Source: Leucoraja erinacea
Lineage: Eukaryota
Assembly (NCBI RefSeq): GCF_028641065.1
Contig: NC_073397.1
Location: forward strand, 13,082,001-13,146,000
Reading direction: 5' to 3'
Length of the DNA: 64,000 nt
Shown here: positions 36,411 to 49,062 of the stretch, in pieces
How the letters are laid out: each line of letters opens with the position of its first letter
Numbering within the stretch: the stretch's first letter is position 1
Program-made: the position numbers and the translations under genes
The notes under the pieces: model-generated
Told to the model about the DNA's origin: nothing
The model's database searches: none
What the model saw: only the letters and a program-made list of their open reading frames with translations

Positions 36411-36959
36411 AGGAAGAGCATACTATGGGTAGCTGATACGCATGTGCCATAAACACTAACATCCACAGAGAATTGTAGCTTTTTTAAATGATTGCATCCA
36501 TTAGCTTGTTCACAAAAGATTGGCCAGTGAATTGTTGAGGGTGGTAGGCTGTTGGAAAGTTCTAACATGAAATTCTGTTTGTTTGAACTAAGATGTACAA
36601 CTCTATCGGCTTTAAATTACTTTTAATTTTAAACCTGAAATCTGTAGGCTGATTTGTTATAGCAGTTAATTTACCTTTATATTATCCTGCTGCAGTATGG
36701 AAAAATCTTCAAGACTGACCTCCAAGACAGCACTGGAGCATGGCGACTCAGCGTGTTAGTTCCAGAGGAGGATTCCTATCATCTGATACAATCGTCCCAC
36801 TCTTTTAAATCTCTTTTCCACTTGCAAATCTATCATACAATTCTCTGCACTCTTGTGTCTTTCTCTTCACTGTTTTTTTTGTACTTGTGTTTGGTTTGAT
36901 TATATTCATGTACAGAATATTTCTTGCATTGCAGGATTGGATAGCATGCAAACAAAAGC

Positions 36960-37318
36960 AACTGAGCCATCCTACCAACAACTAGAGAGCAGACCTCAGC
37001 TACTATCTACCTCATTGGGGACCTTTGATCAAACTTTACTGGACTTTATCTTGCACTAAATGTTATTCACGTTATTCCCTTTATCATGTATTGTAATCAT
37101 GTATGTCCGTTGACTGGTTAGCACACAACAAAAGCTTTTTTGTTGACAATAAACTAAAATAAACTGAACTAAACTAAACTAAACTAAACTAAACTGAACT
37201 GAACTGAACTGAACTAAAGGTAGACAAAAGTGCTGGAGAAACTCAGCAGGTGAGGTAGCATCTATGGAACGAAGGAGATAGGCAACGTATCGGGCCAAAA
37301 CCCTTCTTCAGACTGATG
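36960..37318. mobile_element. Rex1-type 3'UTR with expanded (AAACT/GAACT)n tail (37151-37217), followed by a - strand Penelope-linked repeat
   Basis: Collinear with 22420-22675; pentamer repeat read directly. Confidence 0.8.
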
Positions 37319-39991
37319 AGGATTTCAGCTCATATCTTCTGGATTACTAATGAATGTGCCTAAATTAACAGTCCATTGACATAATCTCTATGTTGATTAT
37401 ATCTCCCACATCACTGATCAATAACGATGTAGATTCTGGTACAGTTTGATTCAATGATACAGTGATTTAATGTTGCTTTGTTTTGCACACAACCTGCTAA
37501 AATATCACGTGTAGGAAGAGACTGCAGATGCTGGTTTGCACTGAAGATTGACACAAAATGCTGGAGTTTCTCAGCGGGACTGGCAGCATCTCTGCCCGGG
37601 AGATGCGGCGTAGACGGAAGGAATAGGGGTGGAGTCCTTACGTTTCAGGGGGTCAGTGTAGTCTAGATTTTGTAATGTCGGTCAGAATTTCTTCTCTCCA
37701 GGAGGTATGTGGAAATGAGTTTGCTGGGCACCTACTGGCAGAGACAATGGGTCTACCAGGACTGATAGTTAGGCACCTCCTGTAATCCAGCCAAAATAAC
37801 GAGAGCGTTGTGTGTGGCGCACACTCTTTCTGGACATGTGCCTCCAAGAGAGAGTTAATTGTTTATTTCTTTGTTAATTGTTAATTCTTTATTTAAGTTT
37901 CTGGCAGTCCATGGTGCTTTGGAGACACGGGAGGGGTATAATTAGTGGGTATACTGTTGAATTATTATTATGTGACCTCTTGTCGGTCTGGCAAAATGGA
38001 TAATCTAACAAGGCTCTGGAACCAAGGGTGCCGGAAAATCGATGTAGCAGAATTAAACGGTACGCAATTGCCGCCATGTCTCTGGTGCTCAAGTTACAAA
38101 AGTCCATTGAGATTTGGTCCATTGCCATCACACCCAAATGTTCAAATAAACTGTTCCGCTCAAAACAGAACCTTCAAGCTGTGGAACGGCAATAAATGCA
38201 CGGCAATGTAAAGGATTTGAAGTTATGTTTTCCCTCAAAATGTGCACGTGCATGTCCATAAATTGCATTAAGAAATGAGAAGTCTGAAGAAGGGTACTGA
38301 CCCGAAATCTCACTCATCCATGTCCTCCAGTGATACTGCCTGACCTGCCGAGTATTCCAGCACTTTGTGTTTTTCCTTTTTCATAAACCCTTCAAGCATG
38401 CACGGCAATGTAAAGGATTTGAAGTTAGCACCTGCTGTTCCTTGTGTCTCCTTTAATTCTGTGACCACTTCTACAGAACAATGAATAGCGTGCTGTAAGG
38501 AACCGCAGGTGGTGGTTTACACCGAAGATAGACACAAAATGCTGGAGTAACTGGGTGGTTGAGGAAGAAGTGAAAAAGAAAACAGTTGTATTTGCGAGAG
38601 TATAGACAATCTCTCCATTGCGAGCAGCATGAAGTCAAGGGAAGATAAGGAATCATCTCTTGTAGTGAACAGCACACTGGAGGATGCTACAGTAATGACT
38701 GTGTGAAGTCTTCTGAGGAAAGTATGCCTTCTTTCATTAATTAAACCTGAGAAAATGTATAAAAATCACCACTTGTCAATCATGTCAAAATTGTCCTGTG
38801 ACTTATCGCACATTGCATTAAAAAAAAAAAGTCACTTTAGAAATCCCTGTGACTCTGTTAAGTTTCTCCCGCATTTGTGTCAAATTATTCAGCAAAATGA
38901 ACAATTTTCTTTTCATAGAAAATCACCGCGAGCATTAACCTTCTTATATTTGCAAGGTGAAAACAAGTCTTTAACCATGCGACAAATTAAGTGGCGTTTC
39001 TGTGACATCTCAACAGATGGCTCTGATTCACTCATCTAAAGTGAAGAAGGGAGAGAAGAGAAAGGGGAACAAACAGTGTGAAGTGTGGTGGAACCTGCGT
39101 TTCTGCCGGTTTGGAGCAAGAGGGTTGAGCAAATGATACGTGAGGTGCCAGTCATTGAGACGCTTCTGAAAATGTGTTATGACTGAAATTACGCTGACCT
39201 TGTAACAATGATGCTGTTCTATGGATAAGTGATCATTATGTATTAAGATCTTTGGGGGGAGAAATGCATTAATTAGCCCTCAGGTATGTACTGTACAAAC
39301 ATCCCAATTCAAATAAACGACATGTTCCATTTAAATAAAATTGAAGAGACTCTTATTTTGTTTGTCTTTAAACGGAACATATTTAGAATGGAACAAAATG
39401 CAAAGATAGAGACGATTACAAATTCTCTTAATCATACAAAATTAATTTGCTTGCACAGATACTGCTGTACAATAACTGCACTGACAGATTAAGTGTAAAA
39501 TAATTTTGGAGATATGTATGGAGATTACAGTGTAGCATAACTTTAATATTTTGATTTTGAAGGTTGTACTTTAGCAGTATTAAACAGATTCACTGATACG
39601 TTGATATCAGTGGGGTATAGTTTATTGTAATGTGCTATAAATATACGTGAGCTGAGAGACCCATACCATGTAATAAAGAAGGCGTGTTTGGAGGAATGAA
39701 TATACTACTATGTTAAACATAAGTATAATGTTGCGCCAATATTATCATGTACCAGCAAAATACACAAATTGAAGCAGTTATTTGCCTGCGCAACACTTTG
39801 TGTTATTAATTTTGTTGGGGAAATGGTGCCTTTGGAACCGTTGCATAATGAGAACAAGAGTGGGAATCCTTACACCTGAGATGGGAGCCACAGGAAAATC
39901 AGCTTGGGGTGTCTTTCCAATCATTGTTCTTGGTTTGCCCTGGTGACGGATCAGCAAATAGGAACAGGACAGTCTTTACATGAGGAGTCAT

Positions 39992-40712
39992 TTGATATTA
40001 CAAGATATTACAAGATACAAGATACACGATACATTTATCTGTCACATGTACCAATTAGTACAGTGAAATGTGTGGTCGCCATACAGCCATACCAATAATA
40101 AAGAACACAGAACACGATTGTTTTTAACACAGACATCCCCACACAGCAGGATCAAAGTTTCCCACTGCGAGAGAAGGCTCCAAAATTCAGTCATCCTCCT
40201 CCCTTGTCCTTCCGTGGTCGGGGGGCTCCCGAACCCCCGCTGTCACCGCTACGGGCGGCCCGATGTTCAGGCCCGCTCGCCGGGGTGATGGAAGTCCGAC
40301 GTTGGGAATGGAGGACATCCTCCGCGGCTTGGACATCCGAAACGGCCACCTCCTACCAGAGTCCGTGGCTCCCGAAGTCCACAGGCCGCGCTGGACGGAG
40401 ATTCAACGCTGGCGGCCCTCGGCAAAAGGGTCCCATGTCTCCGTGATGTTGAATTCAGCAACGCCCGCGCTGGGATCTCTACAAATCACAGCTCCGATGT
40501 AGAAGCAGCAGGCCCAACACTCCGAAGCTTCCATGGCGATCCCAGGTAAGGCATCGCCCGCTCCGCGATGTATCCAGCGCTGCGCCGCCGCTGCTGGAGC
40601 TCTGGTCCGGAACCCCGGCAGGAAAGGCCGCTCCAATCCAGGTGGTAGGCCGCGAGCAGGGGGGGGGGCGAGGACGCAACTCGGAGAATAGTCGCGTCCT
40701 GGCCAGGAAGTG
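39992..40712 (-). mobile_element. CpG-rich non-autonomous retroelement with Rex1-like 3' end and (TATCTTG)n tail
   Basis: Minus strand starts CACTTCCTGGCC, has ~500 nt of GC/CpG-rich body, then catttcactgtac...tgtgacagataaa and a tandem tail like the other Rex1-type 3' ends. Confidence 0.6.
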
Positions 40713-40789
40713 ATGCTGCCCAACAGGTCGGGCAGCATCACTGGAGAACATGGATATGGACGTTTTGGATCAAGGCCCTTCTTCAGGTC

Positions 40790-40980
40790 TCATATCCTAA
40801 AGACGTGTGGGTTTGTACATTAATTGGCTTCTGTAAATTGCCCCTTGTGTGTAGGCAGTTGATATGAAAGTTGGATAACATAGAACTAGTGTGAACGGGT
40901 GATCGATGGTGGGTGTGGGCTCAGTGTGATGAATGGCCTGTTTTCCATGGTGTATCTCTAAACTAAACCAAACCTAAAGA
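40790..40980 (+). mobile_element. HE1 SINE 3' part
   Basis: taattggcttctgtaaattgcccc...gtatctctaaactaaac. Confidence 0.75.
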
Positions 40981-42639
40981 TATTTTGAAATTGGTATATT
41001 CCTCAGGATTTTTCTCCGGATTAAATCAATGTTTGAGAATGCAGATGCGTATTTTATGTGCACTAATCCTTGTTCTGGTTTATTCCGCTGTTTCATACCT
41101 GACATTGAATATTTCGCAATTCTTTCTGTTTCTCCGACAATGGAATTCTCATTTTATTTTTTATTGATTTGTTTTTTATTGCAGGGCCCCATACGTAAAT
41201 TATAACTCGCAGAGAAAAAAAAGCATTGAGCAGCACATCAGCAATCTAGAGAGTCAATGTACCAGGAGAATATGATAAAAGTAATTGCTCAAACTCAAAG
41301 AGCCTCTCTTGCCACACTTGCTCTCTGGGATATTCTCTAAGGCACATCTGGGAATCCAAAATGTGATTTAAAACAGCATGATAATTCTAAGACTTAAGCG
41401 GATGCTTTAAGGATGCTTTATTAAAGTTTACGTAGTCCCAGATGGCGGGAGTCTCTACGATTTAGGGTAAGAGTCCTGTTGAAAGATAGAAGTAAGAATT
41501 TCATTGTTCTATCTGGGACATATGACAATAAAACACTCTGCTCTTGACTCTCTTGAAAGGATCATCCTTTAACCAAGTGTCAATATTGAATATCATGGAA
41601 TTAGATATTCCTATTGTTGAATCCTGCCTCTAGTTTTCTTATTCCCAGAGCAGTTTCAGTTTTCTTATTCCCAGAGCAGTTTCAGTCACATTAAGACTGT
41701 GATGTCATGCTGTTCTTTTCATTTGTCCATCTAGTTAGTTAATTCATTAATCACCAAATATTTACAATTGATTCTTAGCTGGTTATTGAGGAATTATTTT
41801 ATTCATCTTCAGAATTCTATCTTCAGATTTCCAAGCCATATACACGCATTGACCTCACTATAAGATGTTTGCACTTTTTCCATGCTCCACAAATGCTCTG
41901 CATGTTGGTTGTGTCCATGATCCAGACCTTCATTGCACTTAATGTGATACAGCCAGTGGGGGTCAGGAACTAACCCAGGTCACTGCAGCTTTGAGACAGC
42001 GTCTCTACATTAAAAAAATGGTAAAATTAGATTTGGGTCCTGAGCGAATGGGAGGTTTAGGAGGGTTGAACATGCTATTGAGGTGGGGGTACCAGTAACT
42101 GGGAACATGTGAAGATGGTAACTGCCCCTCATGAAATTACCATCGACTGACTCTGGTCATGGTAAGAACCCTTTTAACTTCTTCCAGCATTAAGAATTTC
42201 CTTTTATTTGAACAATGCATGTTAATTTGCATGGGATTTATGCAAGGCTGAATGTGGGATTAGAATAAATGGACTCTGATGTCAATTAGTGTCCCAATTC
42301 AATTGAAGTAGAAAGGCATGCTGCAAAGTTGAATGTGCAAGTACAAAGTGATAAAGATTTTCTGTTATTCTATTATAAGATGTGGACATCACTGGTGAGG
42401 TCAACAATGAATAAGATGAGAAATGAGAACATAAGAAATTGGAGCAGGAGTAGGTCATTTCGCTCTTTATACCTGTTCCAACCTTCAACAAGGACATTGT
42501 GTTCTTCTATCTCATCATCATGTCCTGTGTTATTCCCAGGTCAACCTTGGATTTGAATGCAAGCAGTGACTCACTGGGTCATTCCTTGAAGGTGGTGAGC
42601 AATTTCAAGCAATTTCTCCTTATTTCAGCTCTAAACATC

Positions 42640-42838
42640 TTATAATTTACAGAAGCCGATTAACCTACAGACCTGTAAGTCTTTGCAATGTGGGAAGAAA
42701 CTGGAGCATGCGGAGAAAACCTATGCAGTCACAGGGAGAACGTACAAACTCCACACAGACAGCAGCTGTAGTCAGGATTGAACCTGGGTCTCTGACGCTA
42801 TAGGCAGAAACTCTATTACAGTGCCACTGTGCCGCCCA
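42640..42838 (-). mobile_element. HE1/V-SINE-type SINE (5' two-thirds)
   Basis: ggagaacgtacaaactccacacagacagc...gccactgtgccgccc. Confidence 0.85.
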
Positions 42839-43494
42839 CTGTGAAACACATTGTGCATGAGGTGCCCAAGGTTGAGGGAATGCACATTTAGAGTGGCCAC
42901 AGTAGAGGACTACACTTAAACTGTGTAGCCACTGTGTCTGGGACTGATGTCAAGGTCTAAGCTGTACATTCAAAAGGGTCTATCCTGCTGGTTAATCTCC
43001 AATTGATCACAATGGATGTCTCTGTATGAATCAAAGCTGATGCACTAATTTCACTTCATGCTTGATAATTATCTATCTCTGTGATTGTTTTAAATATGAA
43101 GATCTCTTTAGTGTTTTATTAAATCAGTGTCAAGAATTCTTTTTAGCGGGTTAAATGCTTCATTGAAATCTCCTGCTGTGTAATGAAATGAAATTGAAAC
43201 ATATAATAAAACATGCTGTACAGCTGATTTAACTGCAGAATCCTCCTCGCTGCTTAAGTGTGTAACCAACTTTGGCATGCTCGTGAGCATCAGGCAATAA
43301 GCATATGCAGAGTCTCACCTCTTCCAGTCTACCTCATACTGAGAGTTATTATAGAGCGTAGGGAGGAACAGTGTTCTCCCTTCATCATACTGATTATCAT
43401 TTTAAAGGAATGAAGCCGTGTTGGCCTCGGGATCCTGTCTGGATATTGATAGTGAGCGTAGTTATTCTGCACCATAGGCAATGCTTTCAATTGG

Positions 43495-43780
43495 GGGGCA
43501 GAGTGGCGCAGCGCAGTGCCTTAGAGCATCAGAAACCTAGGTTTGATCCTGACCACATGGATTTTGTACGTTCTCCCTATGACCACGTGGGTTTTCTTCG
43601 GGTGCTCCGGTTTCCTCCCACACTCCAAAGATGGACAGGTTTGCAGGTTAATTAGCTTCTGTGAATTGTTTTAACTTTATCCCTAGTGTGTATGACAGTG
43701 CTAGTGTACGGGGTGATCGCTGGTCGGCGTGGACTCGGTGGACCGAAGGCCTGTTTTCACACTGTATCTCCAAACTAGTT
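43495..43780 (+). mobile_element. HE1/V-SINE-type SINE
   Basis: Head, V-domain and tail present. Confidence 0.85.
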
Positions 43781-44069
43781 CAACAGAGTGAACATTTCAA
43801 ATACTGCTGGATGGCTGAGGGATGACATTTTTTTTTGCCAAGAGATATCTGGAACACACGGTCTCAAACGTTAGAGAGTCTGGAACACTTATCAAATTTT
43901 AAATAAGTTTTTGGGTGCATACATATCTCCTGTGATCCTCAGGGCTGGAGACATAATATTGGAACGTGAGACATGAGGTTATTTACCTGTTGCTGTGAAT
44001 ATGAATCTTCTATGTAAGATATTATGCGAGTCAAACCTGACTGAGATGTGAAAGGCTTATATAAATGTA

Positions 44070-44590
44070 CAAAAGGACCCAACGTGCTGGAGTAACTCAA
44101 CATGTCAGGCTGCATCTCTGGAAAACATGGAAAGGTGAGGTATCGGGTGGACCAATCTTCAGGCTGATTGTGGTGGGGGGAAGAAGAAAGCTGGAAAAGT
44201 GGAGGCAGGCAATGGGTTAACATTGGGGAGGCAGAGTTTCATAGGCAGATTGTTGGATCAAATGCCAGAAATAAGAAAGGAAGGCGTGAGACAGGTTTGA
44301 AGAGTTGCTGATTGTAAAGTCGGAAGGAGAAATGTAGCAGGAGTGGGGGGGGGGGTGAGAAATAGATTGGGGTCCAGAGGTAGGCAAGTAGTTACCTGCC
44401 ACGCTATGACCTGCCTCTCCTCTTTTTAAGCTTTCTTTACCACCTCCCCACAATTAGTCCGAAGAAGGGTCTCAACCCGGAACGTCCCCTATCCATGTTC
44501 TCCAGAGATGCTGCCTGACCCGCTGAGTTACCCAAGCACTTTGTGTCCTTTTGCAAAATAACCAGCATCTGCAGTTCTTTGTTTCTAGTA
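44070..44590. mobile_element. Penelope-linked inverted terminal repeats enclosing a longer 3'UTR-like segment
   Basis: gctggagtaactc...atcttcaggctg on the left; ccgaagaagggtctcaacccggaacgtc...ccagcatctgcagttc on the right. Confidence 0.7.
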
Positions 44591-45224
44591 TATAAATTTA
44601 AGTCGCTATTTCTATCTTATTTTATTGTTACCTGATTGTAGAGCCTCCAATCTGCAGAGATTGATCTTTAGTGCCCGGCTGTACCGGGTCTCTTTGAAGG
44701 CAGCATCTGTACGGCAGGATCGTCTAAGTTGCAACATCTGTCTTGCTTTACCTACATCAATTTAAAATACTCCCACCTATTGCTGATCAAACTGCAACAG
44801 GAGATGCCCGTGAAAATGTACATCAAAACAAATGTGAAAGAGGGGAAACCTGCCAAATTGGCCTCTCCCTATTTCATATTGTCTAATGTTTGTGACAAGC
44901 CCACATTATTGCCTTTAATGTTCCACTTGACATCATTTTTATATCAATTTAATATTATTGGAAAAACTATCTCAAATGAGCGTTGTGAAACAAAATTTAG
45001 ATTTAAGCCGAAGATAGACACAAAACGCTGGAGTAACTCGACGGGTCAGGCAGCATCTCTGGATAGAAGGAATGGGTGACAATTTGTGTCACAACCCTTC
45101 TTCAGACTTCCTCAGATTTTGGGAGATGCTGTGGTGGATCATAAACCCGATTAAAGGAAGAACTTTTAAAGAGCATCTTAAAGGAACAAAACAAGGCAGA
45201 GGGGGTGGGAATTTAGAGAGAAAA

Positions 45225-46159
45225 CTAGACTAAGTGGGACCATGTTAATACGGGAGGGCTGGTCCCTCAATGCAATATTCCGCCTCTCCACCAATTCTAA
45301 TATTGGTGGTCAGTGGGGGGGGGGGGGGGGGCTTTCTGGAGCGCTAGTATGGGTGTTGTGGGCCGAAGAGACAGGTTTTCAGAGGGCTAGTATGGACATT
45401 GTGGGCCGAATGGATTCTTGGGCTGGCAGCTCAGGCCTGGTGGGCTGGCATCTTAGTCACTCAGACCTGGTAGGCTGGCAGCTCAGTCACTCAGGGCTGG
45501 TGGGCTGGCAGCTCAGTCACTCAGGGCTGGTGGGCTGGCAGCTCAGTCACTCAGGGCTGGTGGGCTGGCAGCTCAGTTACTCAGGGCTGGTGGGCTGGCA
45601 GTTCACTCATGGCTATTCATTGAAATTCCATTTCAAGCAGAGTGCAGGCCACCAAATTCAATTTCATAACATTTCTAGCAGAGTGCAGGCCACCAAATTC
45701 TATTTCATAGCATTTCAAGCAGGGTGCAGGCCACCAAATTGCCAAACAACTCATTGCATTGTCATTAAGGGGGAACAAATCATTTATTGCAAGTACATTG
45801 CAGACTCACAGTTCAGTTGATTCACACTTAGAATCACAGTTGTGGACTCTCGTTCGCGATCTTCCAGAGTGACTGACTGCCATCCAGTCATCTGGGGTTT
45901 TATAGTCCTGCCCCCCTGGAAGGGGCGTTACCTTCGTTGTGGTGATTGACATACTCGAGAACCAATCAGCTGATCTCACGATTTTTTAAAGATATCTTTT
46001 TTATTATTCATCGATTGGAAAAATCCTTGGGGCTGCCACAGTGGAGGAGGACTGTGAGTAAGATGACCAAAATCATAGCGATACATGGTAGCGTTTTTTC
46101 TAAAATCAATATACAGCGTTGACAGGAAGTGGTCAAGATGAGACTTTTAGTTATATAGA
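45225..46159 (-). mobile_element. Non-autonomous Helitron
   Basis: Minus strand starts A|TCTATATAACTAAAAG and ends GGGACCA..TGGTCCC ACTTAGT CTAG|T. This gives 5'-TC, a subterminal hairpin, CTAG-3', an A|T target and no TSD. Confidence 0.85.
45421..45609. repeat. 30-bp minisatellite (GGCTGGCAGCTCAGTCACTCAGGGCTGGTG, ~6 units) inside the Helitron
   Basis: Read directly. A second ~41-bp-period triplicate (TTTCAAGCAGAGTGCAGGCCACCAAATT) follows at 45631-45740. Confidence 0.95.
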
Positions 46160-46184
46160 TTGTGGAGATTTATGGGTCCAGCAA

Positions 46185-46934
46185 CTGTGACGTCACCGGC
46201 AGTCACCTGAAAAACCGACGACTGGTACGACGACTGTCAGAGTGGAACACACGCACACATACGAACATCGCTTCCTTCACCAGCCCGTTATGCAGGCAGA
46301 GGACAGGGAAAACGGTGGGAGTGATGTCTGAGTCAAATTCACACAGTGCAAAGCAAATGTGATACAGACACCATGATGAACTGGAAGGTTGGCGCTGTAA
46401 TTAAGATGAGGAAAGCACAGGGTACGGGAAGGGTCACTTAAGTCCTTTCAAAGAGCATGGAGAGGGGGCAGAAGGGGGGAGAAGGGGGAGACGGGGTGGG
46501 GAGAAGGAGTGGAGACAACTTTTAAGAAGCCAGAGATACACGGCTGTGAAGCTCGACAAACATTTAACATTATCGGTCGGTTATCCTTGGTTCTGAAAAC
46601 TACTGCTTACGTTATTTTTCCCAATGAGCCAATGAAATTCATCGGTCAGCACCGGCTACAAACTATGAGAACATTCGACCTCCTGGCAACCGACTAGGAC
46701 CTCCTGGTGACCGACCTACGACACGAGAATTCTCGCTACTCTCCATGGCGGCTTCATTCTGGTTGCCGCTAATTTTTCAACACGTTGAAAACTCCGCGGT
46801 GACCATAATGAGGCCGCGACTAGTTCCTAGAATGCGGGAATTCGTCACGGCCATGAAGGCGACTCCCCGGCAACCACCCACGAACATGTGGCGACCACAT
46901 AGTCTCCCGCAGTCGCCTAAGTGGGACAGGCCCA
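46185..46934. mobile_element. PIF/Harbinger-type MITE (left terminus degenerate or lost)
   Basis: Ends AAGTGGGACAGGCCCA + TTA. Collinear with 25785-26233 and partly with the reverse complement of 53980-54530. Confidence 0.75.
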
Positions 46935-48027
46935 TTAGAGTCTCGATCTCTGAAATAAGGCCATCAATGGTGCAGCTTTGGAAAATAGCAAGTAGCAAGA
47001 GAAGGCAATGTTCCCAAAGGGTTTTTTTTCCTTTGCTGTGTGAGTCATTCTAGATTTCCAAAGAGATGAGATGATGTCCAACCTGTTAAATGTGAATGTT
47101 GGCTGTGCAGTGGTGCTTAATGAAACTGTTCCAACCCGTTTATGTTCCATGGAATGAACCATTTCCCAGCCAGCAACTTCTATTTGTGAAGTGCCAGCAT
47201 TTGTAGCCAATACTCCTCTTGTTTGTTGACTGCTGAATTGATCAAAGCTTCCTTTTATGTTCGCGAACTGCCCTGTTGTTGGATGGTTCGGTTAATTTAG
47301 AAACACTATTGTGTGTAGTTTGAATATCTCCAATAAGGACACAGAGAGCTGACTTCATTTTATGAGAATAAAATCTGAAATCAATGTTAAAATGCTAAGG
47401 CCAGCTCCAAAAATACTCAGCGGCATCTTACACAATTTAATTTGCTTCCCAAATGCAGTTTTTAGAGACCTATAAATAAAGATGGCAGCTAATTTGTACA
47501 GTGTAGCAGTGTTGCGTGTGATTAAATTTAATATTTTCCCTCAAATTTTTTATGACAGGAGAGTAGATATTAAGAAGCACGTCTATTGGTTTGGTTTATC
47601 GCAAAACTATACCCTTAAAAAATCTTTAAATACGATTTAAAGTTGTAAAAAATAAGCTGAAATTTGCTATCCCATCAGATTCACATTATGGAAGGCAGGA
47701 AAGAATTCAAGCACTGACTCAAAAGCTTGTGAACTTGCAGTTTTGAGCTAAATTACCCTTTGCTGTTTGGATTAGATGAATTGTAACTGCCTCCAGCTAA
47801 AAGAAAAATAGAAAAGCTTGACATTACCTTCTTCAACTTTTGCCATGCACTGTTCTTCATGGCCACTGATATTACTCCCCCCCACCCTGCCCCACCCTAT
47901 TCGCCTGTTAAGCTGCAGCAAGTAAGAAGAAGGGTCTCAACCCGAAACGTCAGCCATTCCTTCTCTCCAGGGATGCTGCCTGTCCCGCTAAGTTACTCCA
48001 GCATTTTGTGTCTATCTTTGCAAGTAA

Positions 48028-48414
48028 AGGGCCTGTCCCACGAGCATGCGATTGCATGCGGCAAGCGCGACCAAACTGGAAGCGGGGGCCGCGCGGAGGT
48101 CGAGTGATCTCGTACGAGTTGACGTGAAGTTCGAGCGAAGTCCACGGGAAGTTCGCGCTAGGCGTACGCTGTCAAGACGCTGCGTACAGCGTCGAGACGG
48201 TGCGCACGGCCTCAATGTGGCTGCGGGCTGGCAGGCCGTTGCCGCGCGGAAATTTTGAACAGTGTCAGTTTTTCGGAGCCCCGCGCGATGTTGGGACTAG
48301 CTCCGCACAACTCCTTACGGCTCCGGCGATCGAAGTGGGACCGGCCCCACAAGGCCCTACGGCTCAAGCGACCACGTTAGGTCGCGCTTGCCGCATGCTC
48401 GTCGGACAGGCCCT
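48028..48414. mobile_element. Young PIF/Harbinger-type MITE with long TIRs
   Basis: TIR AGGGCCTGTCCCACGAGCATGCG..GCAAGCGCGACC / GGTCGCGCTTGCCGCATGCTCGTCGGACAGGCCCT. TAA TSD at 48025-48027 and 48415-48417. CpG-rich. Confidence 0.9.
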
Positions 48415-48749
48415 TAAGACTTTCATTGTTCTGTTGCTGGTACGTATATATGACAATTAAACACTCTTGACTCCACTCTCTTGACTGAATCAACCCAATC
48501 ACACTTGCATTGTCTGATTTACAGGTGACTTTCAAGTTCCCCATCCTATCTAACAACAAGACTTCTCCACCATTATGTAACTCCTAACATAAAATGATCC
48601 GATAAATACCCGTGACACTTTTGCAATTATACAAACTCCATGTGTGACTGGCCCAATTCGGTCTTATGAATCAGACGATGGTTTATACTGTATATCCACA
48701 TCAATTATCCTTGATCAAAGTTCTGCCTTATTTATCCAGTCTAGCATTA

Positions 48750-49062
48750 AGTGACACAACAGTAGAATTGCTGCCTCTCAGCACCCGGAGCTCGGGTTCG
48801 ATCCTGTCTATGGGTGCTGTCTGTAAGGGGTTTGTACGTTCTCCCTGTGACCGCGTGGGTTTTCTCCGGGTGCGCCAATTTCTTCCCATATTCCAAAGAT
48901 GTAGGTTAATTGGCTTCTGCAAGTTGTCCCTAGACAGTAGGATAGATAGAACATTGGTCGGGGCAAGACCTGAAGGGCCTTTGGGACATGAAGGACCCAA
49001 AGAGCCTGTATATGGAATACAGAAATTCCACACTCTATTTCTAAACTAAAGAAAACTAAACC
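48750..49062 (+). mobile_element. HE1/V-SINE-type SINE
   Basis: GGGTTCGATCCTGTCTATGGGTGCTGTCTG, V-domain, ctaaactaaa tail. Confidence 0.8.

Noticed and set aside
40200-40712. Host-gene CpG-island promoter with overlapping ORFs
   Set aside because: Contiguous with a LINE-type tail and tandem terminal repeat, so better explained as a TE. The ORFs reflect high GC content.
45421-45609. CRISPR-like array, and the 192-aa ORF at 45242-45820
   Set aside because: Units are head-to-tail with no unique spacers and there are no cas genes. It is a minisatellite inside a Helitron, and the ORF is its stop-free 10-aa periodic translation.
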